A stretch of 64,000 bases of DNA from Macrostomum lignano (GCA_002269645.1 NIVC01001161.1:1-64000), one strand, 5' to 3'; positions 1 to 12,321 are shown, numbered from the stretch's first letter. Notes: generated from the sequence alone by a model not told the origin. Program-made: numbers and translations.

Positions 1-1490
1 AGGGAGAGAGGGAGAGAGGGAGAGAGGGAGAGAGGGAGAGAGGAGAGAGGGAGAGTAAGAGAGAGGAAGAGAGGGAGAGTGGGGAGAGAGGGAGAGAGGA
101 GAGAGAGGGAGAGAGGGAGAGAGAATTATCATAGATAATTATGGTTCAGCTGCACAACTCTCAGGCAGCTCATGAGCAGCAAAATGAGAAGGCTGCTACA
201 ATGGCAAACCGTGCCAGCATCTCACCGGAAGCCAGCAGTTTTCGCTACAAGAAATGCAGCATAGGCGTCCAGTGAAAATCTGCACAGAAACCCTGACAGC
301 GCTCCCAAGAGTGGGAGAATTCATTACTCGAACTTCCGGTGATTTCAGCCAATGTGCCCTGTCTCAATAATCGATTTTTCTGCTAGTCCATTCTCTCTCT
401 CTTCAGAGCGCTGTTAGTACTCGTATATCTTGCCTGTCTCAGTTGGTTTACATAGCCTTGTTTTCACACCAAGTCACGAGGCGCAAGTGGCACAGGTTGG
501 CTGCAACACTTTATAGTTATTGACCCAGCTAGCATTGTTGCCATGCAATTGAGAGTGTGAGACAGTTGTTGAACTGTTAATATTTATGAAATACGGAGCT
601 CTTTATGGGCCAATCTGCCTCCCCCTCCCCCTCTCCCTCTCTCCCTCGCTCCCACTCTCCCTCTCTCCCTCTCTCCCTCTCTCCCTCTCTCCCCTCCCTC
701 TCTCCCTCTCTCCCACTCTCCTCTCTTCCTCTCTCCCTCTCTCCCTCTCTCCCACTCTCCCTCTCTCCCACTCTCCCTCTCTCCCTCTCTCCCACTCTCC
801 CTCTCTCCCTCTCTCCCACTCTCCCTCTCTCCCTCTCTGAATCTCTTCCTCTCTCCCACTCTCCCTCTCTCCCACTCTCCCTCTCTCCCACTCTCCTCTC
901 TCCCTCTCTCCCACTCTCCCTCTCTCCCTCTCTTCCTCTCTCTTACTCTCCTTCTCTCCCTCTCTCCCTCTCTCCCTCTCTCCCTCTCTCCGTCTCTCCC
1001 TCTCTCCCTCTCTCCCACTCTCCCTCTCTCCTCTCTCCCACTCTCCCTCTCTCCCACTCTCCCACTCTCCCTCTCTACCACTCTCCCTCTCTTCCTCTCT
1101 CTTACTCTCCTTCTCTCCCTCTCTCCCTCTCTCTCTCTCTCCCTCCCTCCCTCTCTCCCACTCTCCCTCTCTCCCTCTCTCCCTCTCTCCCACTCTCCCT
1201 CTCTCCCTCTCTCCCACTCTCCCTCTCTCCCTCTCTCCCACTCTCCCTCTCTCCCACTCTCCCACTCTCCCTCTCTCCCACTCTCCCTCTCTCCCACTCT
1301 CCCACTCTCCCTCTCTACCACTCTCCCTCTCTTCCTCTCTCTTACTCTCCTTCTCTCCCTCTCTCCCTCTCTCTCTCTCTCCTCCCTCCCTCTCTCCCAC
1401 TCTCCCTCTCTCCCTCTCTCCCTCTCTCCCACTCTCCCTCTCTTCCTCTCTCTTACTCTCCTTCTCTCCCTCTCTCCCTCTCTTCTTCTC
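1..1490. repeat. GA-rich (1-121) and CT-rich (about 617-1490) simple repeats
   Basis: Direct inspection. Confidence 0.95.
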
Positions 1491-1944
1491 CACCTTACTC
1501 GCCATCATTAAATATAATATCACTTTTCCCAGTTCCAGGCCGGCCGCAGTCCAAAGTTCGCCCCTGAAACATTTCGAGCAGAAACATGCAATTGTTGCAG
1601 TCCAGGCCTTTAATTCTGTAGGCGGGTTGTCAGGAGGCAAAAATTCAACATCAAGAGGGAAGAAGTCTTTTTTGAAAACAAGAAAACGACTTTGCATTCC
1701 GCTGCTACTTGCGTTAAAAGAAGTAAAAAATTGCGAAAGAAAGTCGGCGGCAATAAAAACCTGGGACATTTTTTCCGTGTTTTATTGCAACCGAAGTAGG
1801 AGCTGCTTGCAATGCTTGCCTGCACTGTAGCCGTTCTCTCCGGCCCGAATTCGCAAATAAACGCCGCTAGACATTGGGCACGAGGACTGAAGCTGGCTGA
1901 GAGACTCGAACTGGATGCCAGAAATTGCAGATTCGTAAGGCGCC

Positions 1945-2252
1945 CCCAGACCAAAAGAGGCGCACTAGACAGACACAATCAGGCGCCCTAGACAGACACA
2001 ATCAGGCGCCTAAGACAGACCCAATCAGGCGCCCTAGACAGACCCAATCAGGCGCCCTAGACAGACCCAATCAGGCGCCTAAGACAGACCCAATCAGGCG
2101 CCTAAGACAGACTCAATCAGGCGCCTAAGACAGACCCAATCAGGCGCACTAGACAGACCCAATCAGGCGCCTAAGACAGACTCAATCAGGCGCACTAGAC
2201 AGAATCAATCAGGCGCACTAGACAGAATCAATCAGGCGCACTAGACAGACCT
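1945..2252. repeat. 22-23 bp minisatellite AGACAGACCCAATCAGGCGCC(C)T
   Basis: Direct inspection. Confidence 0.9.
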
Positions 2253-3357
2253 ATAGACATGGCTCCATCAACGGTTCATAAATACGGCAGAATTGGGCCT
2301 GAAATCTGCAGAAAAACAACTGAAAAGGGCATTGAAAATGATCAGAGCCTGCATAAGATGAAATGAATTGCAGGTAGGCGTCACACAGTTCCTTCTGAAC
2401 AGACGGCCCGCCTGCAGGTCACAGTGCAGTGTCAGGGCAGCCATATTAAACCGAAGTCTCAATCAGCCGCATGGTGCACTTTTACATCCCATGCCCGACG
2501 GTAGGGTTCGCCTTATCAGCGGTGCCGATCTCGAACACCCCCGGGCCTACCCTTCAAGCGGGCATCAAAGTCAATCTAATCTGCAGTCCAAAACTGCATC
2601 TCTGCTGAAAGCGCCGATTTAGGGATCTTTGGGAATCGGGGGGGGGGGAGAAGGGTTTAAATGGGATGGGAACGAAATTTCGGGATAAAAATCCCTGCAA
2701 AGCCGGCCCACCTTGCGCTGCATGCGGGCTTGGCCTTCGAACTGGCAGCAAAAGCACAGTTGAAGAAGCAGACTTCGAACTGGAAGCAGCAAACCAGCGG
2801 ATGTCTGCAGGCTGGCTAAAGGACCCCCACCTGCCCATCTCTCCTCCCGGGAAAGTAGATTGGGGGAAAAGGGAGGAAAAATCCCATCGAAGCATATCCC
2901 ATACAGACAAATTTGTGCCCAGAGAGTCGCTTTGGAACCCCCGGCGAGGCTGAAGGCAACCATCCCCGGGCTTTTCAGGAATTCAACCGGAGCGGCAGCA
3001 GCAGCAATCAGCTGGGGGGGGGGGGGAGGGGGCTGCTGCTTTTTGTGGCCGTTTGGCCTCCTTCTTCAACCTTTGCGATTTTGGTCCAGTTTTGCTCTGC
3101 AGTAGCTGGCGGGCACTGATAAACACAGATTGCTGGCCAACTACTGCTTTTGTACCTGCGGTGGGCAATTTTGGAGGGGGGGCTTCAGACCTGCCCTGGC
3201 CCGCCCTCCGCTGCCGTTCCGAACCCATGCGCGTCTTAATTCTGGCTGCTGCTGATAAAATAACTGGCGCAGTCAGTAGTATGTGCTGGGCATTGCGACT
3301 CGGTCCAATTGTACCCCTTGTCTGCCTCTGTAGCTACTTGATGGCTACCTGTGTCTC

Positions 3358-4915
3358 AGTCACAGTCTCCCTCTCTCTTCTCTGTCTCCCTCTCTCTTCT
3401 CAGTCTCCCTCTCTTTCTCAGTCTTCCTCTCTCTTCTCAGTCTCCCTCTCTCTTCTCAGTCTTCCTCTCTCTTCTCAGTCTCCCTCTCTCTTCTCAGTCT
3501 CCCTCTCTCTTCTCAGTCTCCCTCTCTCTTCTCAGTCTCCCTCTCTCTTCTCAGTCTCCCTCTCTCTTCTCAGTCTCCCTCTCTCTTCTCAGTCTTCCTC
3601 TCTCTTCTCAGTCTCCCTCTCTCTTCTCAGTCTCCCTCTCTCTTCTCAGTCTCCTTCTCTCTTCTCAGTCTCCCTCTCTCTTCTCTGTCTCCCTCTCTCT
3701 TCTCTGTCTCCCTCTCTCTTCTCAGTCTCCCTCTCTCTTCTCAGTCTCCCTCTCTCTTCTCAGTCTCCCTCTCTCTTCTCAGTCTCCCTCTCTCTTCTCA
3801 GTCTTCCTCTCTCTTCTCAGTCTCCCTCTCTCTTCTCAGTCTCCCTCTCTCTTCTCAGTCTCCCTCTCTCTTCTCAGTCTCCCTCTCTCTTCTCAGTCTC
3901 CCTCTCTCTTCTCAGTCTCCCTCTCTCTTCTCAGTCTCCCTCTCTCTTCTCAGTCTTCCTCTCTCTTCTCAGTCTCCTTCTCTCTTCTCAGTCTCCCTCT
4001 CTCTTCTCAGTCTCCCTCTCTCTTCTCAGTCTCCCTCTCTCTTCTCAGTCTCCCTCTCTCTTCTCAGTCTCCCTCTCTCTTCTCAGTCTCCCTCTCTCTT
4101 CTCAGTCTCCCTCTCTCTTCTCAGTCTTCCTCTCTCTTCTCAGTCTCCCTCTCTCTTCTCAGTCTCCCTCTCTCTTCTCAGTCTCCCTCTCTCTTCTCAG
4201 TCTCCCTCTCTCTTCTCTGTCTCCCTCTCTCTTCTCTGTCTCCCTCTCTCTTCTCAGTCTCCCTCTCTCTTCTCAGTCTCCCTCTCTCTTCTCAGTCTCC
4301 CTCTCTCTTCTCAGTCTCCCTCTCTCTTCTCAGTCTTCCTCTCTCTTCTCAGTCTCCCTCTCTCTTCTCAGTCTCCCTCTCTCTTCTCAGTCTTCCTCTC
4401 TCTTCTCAGTCTCCCTCTCTCTTCTCAGTCTCCCTCTCTCTTCTCAGTCTCCCTCTCTCTTCTCAGTCTCCCTCTCTCTTCTCAGTCTTCCTCTCTCTTC
4501 TCAGTCTCCTTCTCTCTTCTCAGTCTCCCTCTCTCTTCTCAGTCTCCCTCTCTCTTCTCAGTCTCCCTCTCTCTTCTCAGTCTCCCTCTCTCTTCTCAGT
4601 CTTCCTCTCTCTTCTCAGTCTCCCTCTCTCTTCTCAGTCTCCCTCTCTCTTCTCAGTCTTCCTCTCTCTTCTCAGTCTCCCTCTCTCTTCTCAGTCTTCC
4701 TCTCTCTTCTCAGTCTCCCTCTGTCTTCTCAGTCTCCCTCTCTCTTCTCAGTCTCCCTCTCTCTTCTCAGTCTTCCTCTCTCTTCTCAGTCTCCCTCTCT
4801 CTTCTCAGTCTCCCTCTCTCTTCTCAGTCTCCCTCTCTCTTCTCAGTCTCCCTCTCTCTTCTCAGTCTCCCTCTCTCTTCTCAGTCTCCCTCTCTCTTCT
4901 CAGTCTCCCTCTCTC
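3358..4915. repeat. 19-bp minisatellite TTCTCAGTCTCCCTCTCTC
   Basis: Period of 19 nt; 19-aa period in the overlapping ORFs. Confidence 0.97.
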
Positions 4916-5219
4916 CTCTCCTCCATCTCACTCTCACTCTCCCCTCTCTCTTCTCTCCATCTCCATCGCACTCTCTCTCCTCACTCTCCTGTCTCTGCTT
5001 CTCAGTCTCTCTCTTCTCTCTCTTTCTCACCTGCATCCCTCCTCTTCTTTTCAGTCTCCATCTCTTGTCTATCTCTCTTCATCTCTTTCTCCCTTTCTCT
5101 CTTCTTTCATTTCTCTCGACCATTTCCTTTCCGGAATCCACAACGATGCATTCGCATTCCAGCTAATAAATTTTGTAACTTTAACGTAATTTTCAGCTAC
5201 GAAAATAATTGCCAACACA

Positions 5220-5340
5220 ATGCAAGTTATGCTACTGATGCTGGCCGGACTAGCAGTAGTAGTATCGATGGCAGCAGTGCTAGAAGGCTACGATGGATTG
5301 GATCGCAAGAAACGGCAAACGCCCAGTCGATTGGTCATCG
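5220..5340 (+). CDS. Non-NMDA iGluR exon 1 (signal peptide, MQVMLLMLAG...RLVIG)
   Basis: ATG at 5220 followed by a hydrophobic signal peptide; donor GTAACC at 5341, phase 1; splicing to exon 2 gives the iGluR ATD motif IG-AIL. Confidence 0.8.
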
Positions 5341-5667
5341 GTAACCTGCTTCTATTTATAGCTTCATTGAAATATCCCCACGTACAGTGTATATTCTATT
5401 ATTAACTCATAGGAAATAGCATTCTTGGGGGAACCTGTGAGGATCCCCTAATGCTACTTATAGTATTTTTGGAATTCCCTCTGCCTACTGTCTTGAATCT
5501 CTATATCTTGATTCTAACTATAGCTTCCAGAGAATTCCCTCCGCATTTTTGCCTTTACGCTATTTATAGCTCTTGCGGTAACTCACGGGTGGGAATCCCT
5601 GCAAAACCCAACACGCTATTTATAGATTCAAAGAATTCCCCATGAGTGTTGGTTCTAAATATAGCTT

Positions 5668-8633
5668 TCTTCTTCTTCTTCCAATCGGGCGCGCTCGGGC
5701 CAGGGCCCATGGTACCGAGCGTCAGATGGCGTCCGCCTTCCCGAGGATGTTCAACACCGCGGTGCAGTTCTCGAAAGCTGTCGCGGGCTCCGGGCTTGGC
5801 CCCAGAGGCGGCAGCGGTGTGATGTCAGGGCGGGGCAGGAGATCAGCAGATGGGCCGCCGTCTCCTCTCCATCGCCACAGAAGCGGCAGGTGGGGCCACG
5901 TCAACGCCGATGGCGGCCTGGAAGCCCCGCAGGGCCGGGCAGCGGTCGGCGCGCAGCTGGCAAATTCGCGTGAGGTCGCTCGTCGGCGGAGGCGGCAGGC
6001 GGCCCGCCGTGCAGGCAAGGTGCCAGGCCAGCGAGCTCGTGCTCGCCGCCTCGGTGGCCGCCGCGTGGTAGGTCTGGTGCCAGCGGGCGAGGCAGTGGCG
6101 GCGGACGGCAGCCTGCGCAGCAGCCAACGGGACGAGCGCGGCGCCTTGCACCAGCGTGGAGCCTCGCTTGGCGACCTCGTCGAAGGCCTCGTTGCCGGGG
6201 ATTCCCGCGTGGCCAGGCACCCACTGCAGGTGGACCGAGGTTCGGCGAGGCTGGCCCAGACGGCGTCTGTCAAGGTGGCGCCCGTCGACCCGAGGCCGGA
6301 CGCGAGCGCGACAAGCGCGCTCAGGGAGTCCGAGCAGATGCGGACCGGCGACAGCTCTGCCGGGTCCGGGGCCGAGAGCACCCACCGGAGGGCCTCAGCG
6401 ATGGCCACTAGCTCGGCGTGGAAACTGGACGTCACGTGGCCAGCAGCGACGCACAGCGTGGTGTTGGGCTCAACCAGGACGCCGTCCTTCGCTGCTCCGT
6501 CAGTTCAGACCACGGTGCGGGCGGGCGGCAGGGCGGCAGGCGTCTGCTCCGCCGCAGCTCTCCGGGCCTCCGGCAGGTCCCCCGCGAGGTCGGGGAGGCC
6601 AGCTGCAGCCCGAAGGTGACGGAGTCCAGGTCAGCTTAGGGAGGTGTCGTCGGGACAGCGTGGACGGGCTGTCGTCCAGGCCCGCAGTGCTGCAGACGCT
6701 GGCCGCCGTCTCGCGCCAGCCGCGGGCGCTTTGGAGGCGGCGGCGCGGGCCGACGCTGGCCGCACAGGCGCGCAGCGGGTTGTCGGGCGGCAGCCTGAGG
6801 GCGCGCTCGTGGAGGTGGCCAGCGTGCATCTCCGCACGGACTGCCATCAGCGGCAGCCCAGCCTCGCGCTCCAGTACCTCCAACCTGGTGTTCCGCGGAC
6901 ACCCGGTGATGATGGCGCTGGGCCCGGTCCAGGTGGTCGATAGCCGTCCTGCAGACCGTCGGCATCCAAGCGCCGGCAGCGTACTCCAGCACCGGCCGCA
7001 CGTAGGCCGTGTAGAGCTGGCGCACGTCGCTCTGCTTGGCGCCCCAGTTGCTGCCAGACAGCGCCGCCAGAACGCCGCAGCGGGCGCAGGCGCGGCCGGC
7101 GACGTTGGCAGCGTGCGCCGAGAAGCTGAGCAGCCGGTCCAGGACGACGCCGAGGAAGCGCGGCTGGCGGTCCGTCGAGAGCGGGGCGTCGTTCTCCGGC
7201 GGTGGTGGCGAACAGGGAAGCGGCGCACTTTTTCCATCCGCCACTCGCTCGCCCAGTCGGAGACCGCGTCGATCGCAGCCTGCGCCTTCGTCTCGGCCTT
7301 CTCCACGGTCAGGCCTTGCACTGCGATGGCCAGGTCGTCGGCGTAGAGGAACGGCGTGCAGTCGGACGGCAGGTGGTCAGGCAGGTCGTTGATGTACAGC
7401 GCAAAAAGCAGAGGGGCAAGGACACTCCCTGTGGCAGGCCCTCGCGGAAGAGCCGCCAGCTGCTCAGCGCGCCGTCCACCCTGACGGCAGCACGGCGATC
7501 GGCCAGGAAGCTGCTGAGCCAGCGGACGCCGGCCGCTGGGATGCCGGCGTTGTGCAGCTTGTGCAGCAGGCCCTGCTTCCAGACGATGTCGTACGCCCGC
7601 CGGAAGTTGAGCAGGACGACGACCGTCTGCCTGGCAGGGGCCGCCTGGTGGCCGTCGCTGATGAGCTGGGTGAGCCGGGCAATCTGGTCCTCGGTGCTGC
7701 GCCGCTTGCGGAAGCCGGCTTGGGCGGGGTGCAGCAGGTGCCGGGACTCGGCCCACCAGTAGAGCCGCGCTTGAACCAGACGCTCGGCCAGCTTGGCCAG
7801 GGTGGAGGTCAGGGCAATCGGCCGGTATGAGCCGATCTCGTCGGCCGGCTTGCCCTTCTTGAGGATTGGCACGACGTGGGCACGGCGCCACGCCGCGGGG
7901 ACCTCCCCCTGGGTCCAGGATGCATTGATCAGCTGCAGGACCGCCCGTGGCCGGCAGCGCCGAGGTGCTGCATGTGTTCGGCGCAGATCTCATCGGGTCC
8001 TGGGGCCCTCCTGGCCGGGAGGGAGCCGAGAGCCCTGTCCAGCTCGCGGTGCGAGAACGGCTTTCTAAAGTCTCTGCTCCCATGGCTGTCAGCGCCGGCT
8101 CGCAAAGCGCTGCTGTGAAAGTTCTCGCGGCGGAGGTCTCGCGTCCTGCGGTCTTGCGGGAGGCGGCTGACGGCGGCATACTCACGGGCGTAGGCCTCGG
8201 CGATGTCCTTCAACTGGACGAGCGTCTTCTGGCCGTGTGTTGGGTCTCTTGCAGACACGCCACGTCGACGCGCAGGTCCAGCAGCAGCCTGCACAGGTCG
8301 GGCATCTTAAAGGCGACGCCCCCTGCGTCGTTGCAGTTGCAGGAGGTGCAGGCCACTGGGCGTTGGCCGTTGAGGCTCGGCGGGCTGGTTCAGGCGTCGG
8401 CTAGGCATTTTATCGGCGGGGTGGTTCAGGCGTCGGCTAGGCATTTTATCGGCGGGCTGGTTCAGGCGTCGGCTAGGCATTTTATCGGCGGGGTGGCCGC
8501 CAGATGCCGATTGGGCGGCGAAGAGACTGCGTTGCGGCGCTGGGCATCGGGAAGGGCCCTTTTCTGGCCTACATTTCGTGGGCCTTGCGGTCCTCCGGAG
8601 GGCACCTCGGGGAGGCGCAGGCCGTTGCTCTCC
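5668..8633 (-). mobile_element. Ingi/I-group non-LTR retrotransposon, internally deleted and frameshifted (APE remnant, RT, RNase H), antisense in iGluR intron 1
   Basis: RT motifs YRPIALTS, QAGFR, AYDIVW, GLPQG, YADDL; RNase H motifs AELVAI, SDSLSAL, QWVPGHAGIPGNE; APE remnant DVACLQET near 8243-8266; (GAA)n tail at 5668-5680; TSD AAATATAGCTT at 5657-5667 and 8634-8644. Confidence 0.92.
8566..8633 (-). ncRNA. HDV-like self-cleaving ribozyme at the 5' terminus of the retroelement
   Basis: Manual fold: P1 GGAGAGC/GCCCUCC, P2 GGCCUGC/GUAGGCC, P3 GCC/GGU, L3 UCCCCGA, P1.1 CC/GG, P4 GGACC-GCAA-GGCCC, J4/2 containing CGAA; G1 abuts the TSD. Confidence 0.75.
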
Positions 8634-8763
8634 AAATATAGCTTCCTCGGAACTCTACATCGATTGCCCAGATACTTTTATAGTACTTGTATCGATTTGG
8701 GGATAACCTTAAAAATTTTCACAATAATTAGAAAGCTTCCTCACAATTTTCTACCCCATAAAG

Positions 8764-8928
8764 GTGCAATCCTGGAGAGCGACGACCCGGTGTCTGAGCT
8801 GGCCCTGAAGACCGGGATCGAGGAGGCCAACCAGTACCTGAGCAGCAGCAGAACCCTGGCTGGGGTCAGTCTGATGGCATCCATAAGAAAAATCGATCGA
8901 TTCGACAGCTTTCGAGCTTCGAGCGAGG
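8764..8928 (+). CDS. iGluR exon 2 (ATD, GAILESDDPVSELALKTGIEEANQ...)
   Basis: AAG acceptor, GTGAGG donor, phase 1-1; matches the iGluR ATD start. Confidence 0.85.
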
Positions 8929-9139
8929 GTGAGGCTGACTGCATGGCTAGCTATAAAAAGCAGGGATCTTTGAAGAGATTCTGGAGACCCTGGTGGCGAT
9001 TTTGATGGTCATTTTATGGGGAACCTTGATGGAGCGACATCGTATAGGGAATATTAATGGGTTTTGTAGGGATTCCAATTGGGATCGTAGCAGCATCTTG
9101 ATGACAAACTTCACTCCTTATACGGATCTTGATAGAGAT

Positions 9140-9567
9140 CATAATGGGGATCCTGATGGGGATCTTGACGAGGATCTTGATGGGGATCTTGATGGGGATC
9201 TTGATGGGGATCTTGATGGGGGATCTTGATGGGGGATCTTGATGGGGGATATTGATGGGGATCTTGATGGGGGATCTTGATGGGGATCTTGATGGGGATC
9301 TTGATGGGGGATCTTGATGGGGATCTTGATGGGGATCTTGATGGGGATCTTGATGGGGGATCTTGATGGGGGATCTTGATGGGGGATCTTGATGGGGGAT
9401 CTTGATGGGGGATCTTGATGAGGATCTTGATGGGGATCTTGATGGGGATCTTGATGGGGATCTTGATGGGATCTTGATGGGGATCTTGATGGGGATCTTG
9501 ATGGGGGGATCTTGATGGGGGATCTTGATGGGGGATATTGATGGGGATCTTGATGGGGATCTTGATT
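9140..9567. repeat. 12-13 bp GATGGGGATCTT array (iGluR intron 2)
   Basis: Direct inspection. Confidence 0.95.
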
Positions 9568-9681
9568 CGGACATCAAGGGAAACTTGATGGGTTTCCACA
9601 CAGGGATTGTTGAGCCCGAATCCCAGGATCACTCAGCTACATTGCAGTGGAACCTTCGCTTCGCTCCCATCTCCACCCCAG

Positions 9682-9993
9682 CCTGCCAGCTGATGCAGCA
9701 GGGCGTTCTGGCGGTGGTCGGTCCGCCATCCCCGGTAGCCTCGCAGCAGGTGCGCTCCGTGTGCGAGCACCTCGCTGTGCCGTTCATCGAAACCGCCTGG
9801 CATCATCGAGGCGGCGGCGGCGGCGGTGGCCTCGAAGGCGACAACGAGGGTCCGTACTCGGTGAACCTGAACCCGGACTACCGGACCTTCGGGCGGGCGA
9901 TTCTGGACTACGTGCGCGCCATCGGGGACTGGGATCTGGCCAAGAATGAAGGCAGCCACGGCGGAGTGGCCATCGTGTACAAGGATCCCGATA
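9682..9993 (+). CDS. iGluR exon 3 (ATD, ACQLMQQGVLAVVGP...VCEHLAVPFIETAW)
   Basis: CCAG acceptor, GTGAGC donor, phase 1-1; typical ATD motif C..L..GV.A..GP...C..L.VP.IE. Confidence 0.92.
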
Positions 9994-10236
9994 GTGAGCT
10001 CAGTGGGTAGCTTAGTGGGTATCTTTAGTAGGTATCTTAGTGAGTATCTTAGTGAGTAGCTTAGTGAATAGCTTAGGGAGTAGCTTTGCTTAGTGAGTAG
10101 CTTATTTGGTAGCTTAGTTGATATTTTAGTGGGTATCTTATTGGGTACGAGTATCTTAGTGGGTATTTTAGTGGGTAACTTCTAGAAAACTCTATAAATA
10201 AATTTCAAATCCCGCCACCCTCGCAACCACACGCAG

Positions 10237-10409
10237 CCCTGTTGAAATTCGAGCCGCTGCTCAACGCGGTGCAGGTCCCGGTGCTGCTCAGGCAGTGGCG
10301 CCGGCAGGCGGGCACCTTCCAGTACGTCATGAAGGAGCTGCGCAGCGCCAAGGTCTACAAGATTCTGGTTGACATCCCAACGTCGGAAATCCTGCGTTTC
10401 GTCAGCATT
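10237..10409 (+). CDS. iGluR exon 4 (ATD, TLLKFEPLL...ILVDIPTSEILRFVSI)
   Basis: GCAG acceptor, GTAGGA donor, phase 1-0. Confidence 0.85.
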
Positions 10410-10593
10410 GTAGGAAGCTGCTGATTCGCTGTGTTTCTGGCCGCTTATGTACTGAGCTATTTTTAGCAACAGGATTTCCCTGAGATTTAACCATTTCTGG
10501 ATTCCCAGTAAAGATCGATATTCGCAGGAAGGCTGCGTTCATCGGCGACACCGTCCCACAACCAGCTCTGAAGGCAATTCGCCCATTCCAGTC

Positions 10594-10740
10594 ATACACA
10601 CGCTCACACAGGGTGTACAGGGTGTACACACGCTCACACAGGGTGTACAGGGTGTACACACGCTCACACAGGGTGTACAGGGTGTACACACGCTCACACA
10701 GGGTGTACAGGGTGTACACGCGCTCACACAGGGTGTACAG
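10594..10740. repeat. 30-bp tandem repeat CACACGCTCACACAGGGTGTACAGGGTGTA
   Basis: Direct inspection. Confidence 0.95.
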
Positions 10741-10831
10741 CGACCCTCCCCGTTGACTTTAGAATCAGAGACACAAAAGGCTTTAAGGATTATTTTTCAG
10801 CTGAAGTTAACTGACTGATGATAAATTTCAG

Positions 10832-10885
10832 GCTAAACTGATGAACATGACGACAACATATCACAGTTACATCTTCACTTCGTGG
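10832..10885 (+). CDS. iGluR exon 5 (AKLMNMTTTYHSYIFTSW)
   Basis: TTTCAG acceptor, GTAAGT donor, 54 nt, phase 0-0; resembles the A...M...YH.Y.FT motif. Confidence 0.85.
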
Positions 10886-11553
10886 GTAAGTGCAAGACTG
10901 TTATTTCTTTTGAGTTCTGCAATGTTCTATTTAGAGTATAGGAATAATTTATTTTATTTTATTTTACTCGTTATAATCCTTATATAATGCTTACATTTCT
11001 ACTATTAGTAGAGTAGCTAATACGGCATTGCTATTTCTACTTTAGGCGAGAGCACAGATACCAGAATAACTAGATGGGCCACTCAGCACATTTTCGTGTA
11101 AGCTACTTTCAGTTCAGTAGTAAGTTAAATAGAAGCATTTTAATGTATTTTTAAAGCCAAAGCTCATTTTATTGGCTCTTACCCCCCCCTCAGCTTAAAC
11201 CCTCCAACTGCGCCTTTCCAGTTTCCACACTACCCCTACTTCGCTCCAATTTTAATTGCCTTTCTCGGAATTCCAGCCTAAAGCTGCCATGTACATTTGA
11301 GTGGACTGGCTATTGTACACTACTGCTGATCCAATTATCAAGCTGTTTACGCCTGCAAGCTTGGGCTTTTGAACCTATAAAAGTAATTTCAGATGTCTTG
11401 ATTTTTATAAATAGCTTATGTATTCTTCTTTACTACTGAACTGAAAGTAGAAAGCTGTTTTACTAAGTATATATGCAGTTATTTTTGTGTGTAGGCGAGA
11501 GTAAAACATTTGCGCACACTAAAACTATAAACATCTTCACACCGATGACTCAG

Positions 11554-11748
11554 GACGCTCAACGGATTGACCTATCGAAGTACCAGCTGATCAAGTCGGC
11601 CAACATGTCCACACTGTCCCTCATGCCCATCCTGAGGTCGAACGAGCGCTACAATGTCAGCCAGCGGGTTGAGAACATGCGCGAGGAGATTTTCAATGTG
11701 CAGTCCAGGCGGGGAAACTACAGCGGAAACCTCACTAACATGCTGCCC
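11554..11748 (+). CDS. iGluR exon 6 (DAQRIDLSKYQLIKSANMSTLSL...)
   Basis: CTCAG acceptor, GTGAGC donor, 195 nt, phase 0-0. Confidence 0.85.
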
Positions 11749-11814
11749 GTGAGCTGCTGCTGGGGAACTGCAAAGTCTTCCCATCATCCGCTCACCTTCA
11801 TCAGTCATCCCATC

Positions 11815-12285
11815 CTCCCTATCACTCTTCCCTATCCCTTCTCTTCATCACTCTTCCCTATCTCTTCTCTTCATCGCTCTTCCCTATCACTCTTCCCCAT
11901 CACTCTTCCCCATCACTCTTCCCTATCCCTTCTCTCCATCACTCTTCCCCATCACTCTTCCCTATCCCTTCTCTTCATCACTCTTCCCTATCACTCTTCC
12001 CCATCACTCTTCCCTATCCCTTCTCTCCATTACTCTTGCCCATCACTCTCCCTATCACTCTTCCCCATCCATCTTCCCCATCACTCTTCCCTATCCCTTC
12101 TCTCCATCTCTCTTCCCTATCCCTTCTCTCCATTACTCTTGCCCATCACTCTTCCCCATCACTCTTTCCCATCACTCTTCCCTATCCCTTTTCTCCATTA
12201 CTCTTGCCCATCACTCTCCCTATCACTCTTCCCCATCACTCTTTCCCAGTACTCTTCCCCATCACTCTTCCCCATCATTCTTTCG
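11815..12285. repeat. Pyrimidine-rich ATCACTCTTCCCC-type array (intron 6)
   Basis: Direct inspection. Confidence 0.9.
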
Positions 12286-12321
12286 CACTTATTCCTTATC
12301 CTCAAACTGATCCTCAAACAG

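Noticed and set aside
577-5344. Long Ser/Leu- and Glu/Arg-rich ORFs (for example 3053-5344, 603-1769)
   Set aside because: Artefacts of CT/GA and 19-bp repeats.
5642-9005. + strand ORFs of 325, 396 and 352 aa over the retroelement
   Set aside because: Antisense shadows of the GC-rich element; only 8764-8928 is a genuine iGluR exon.
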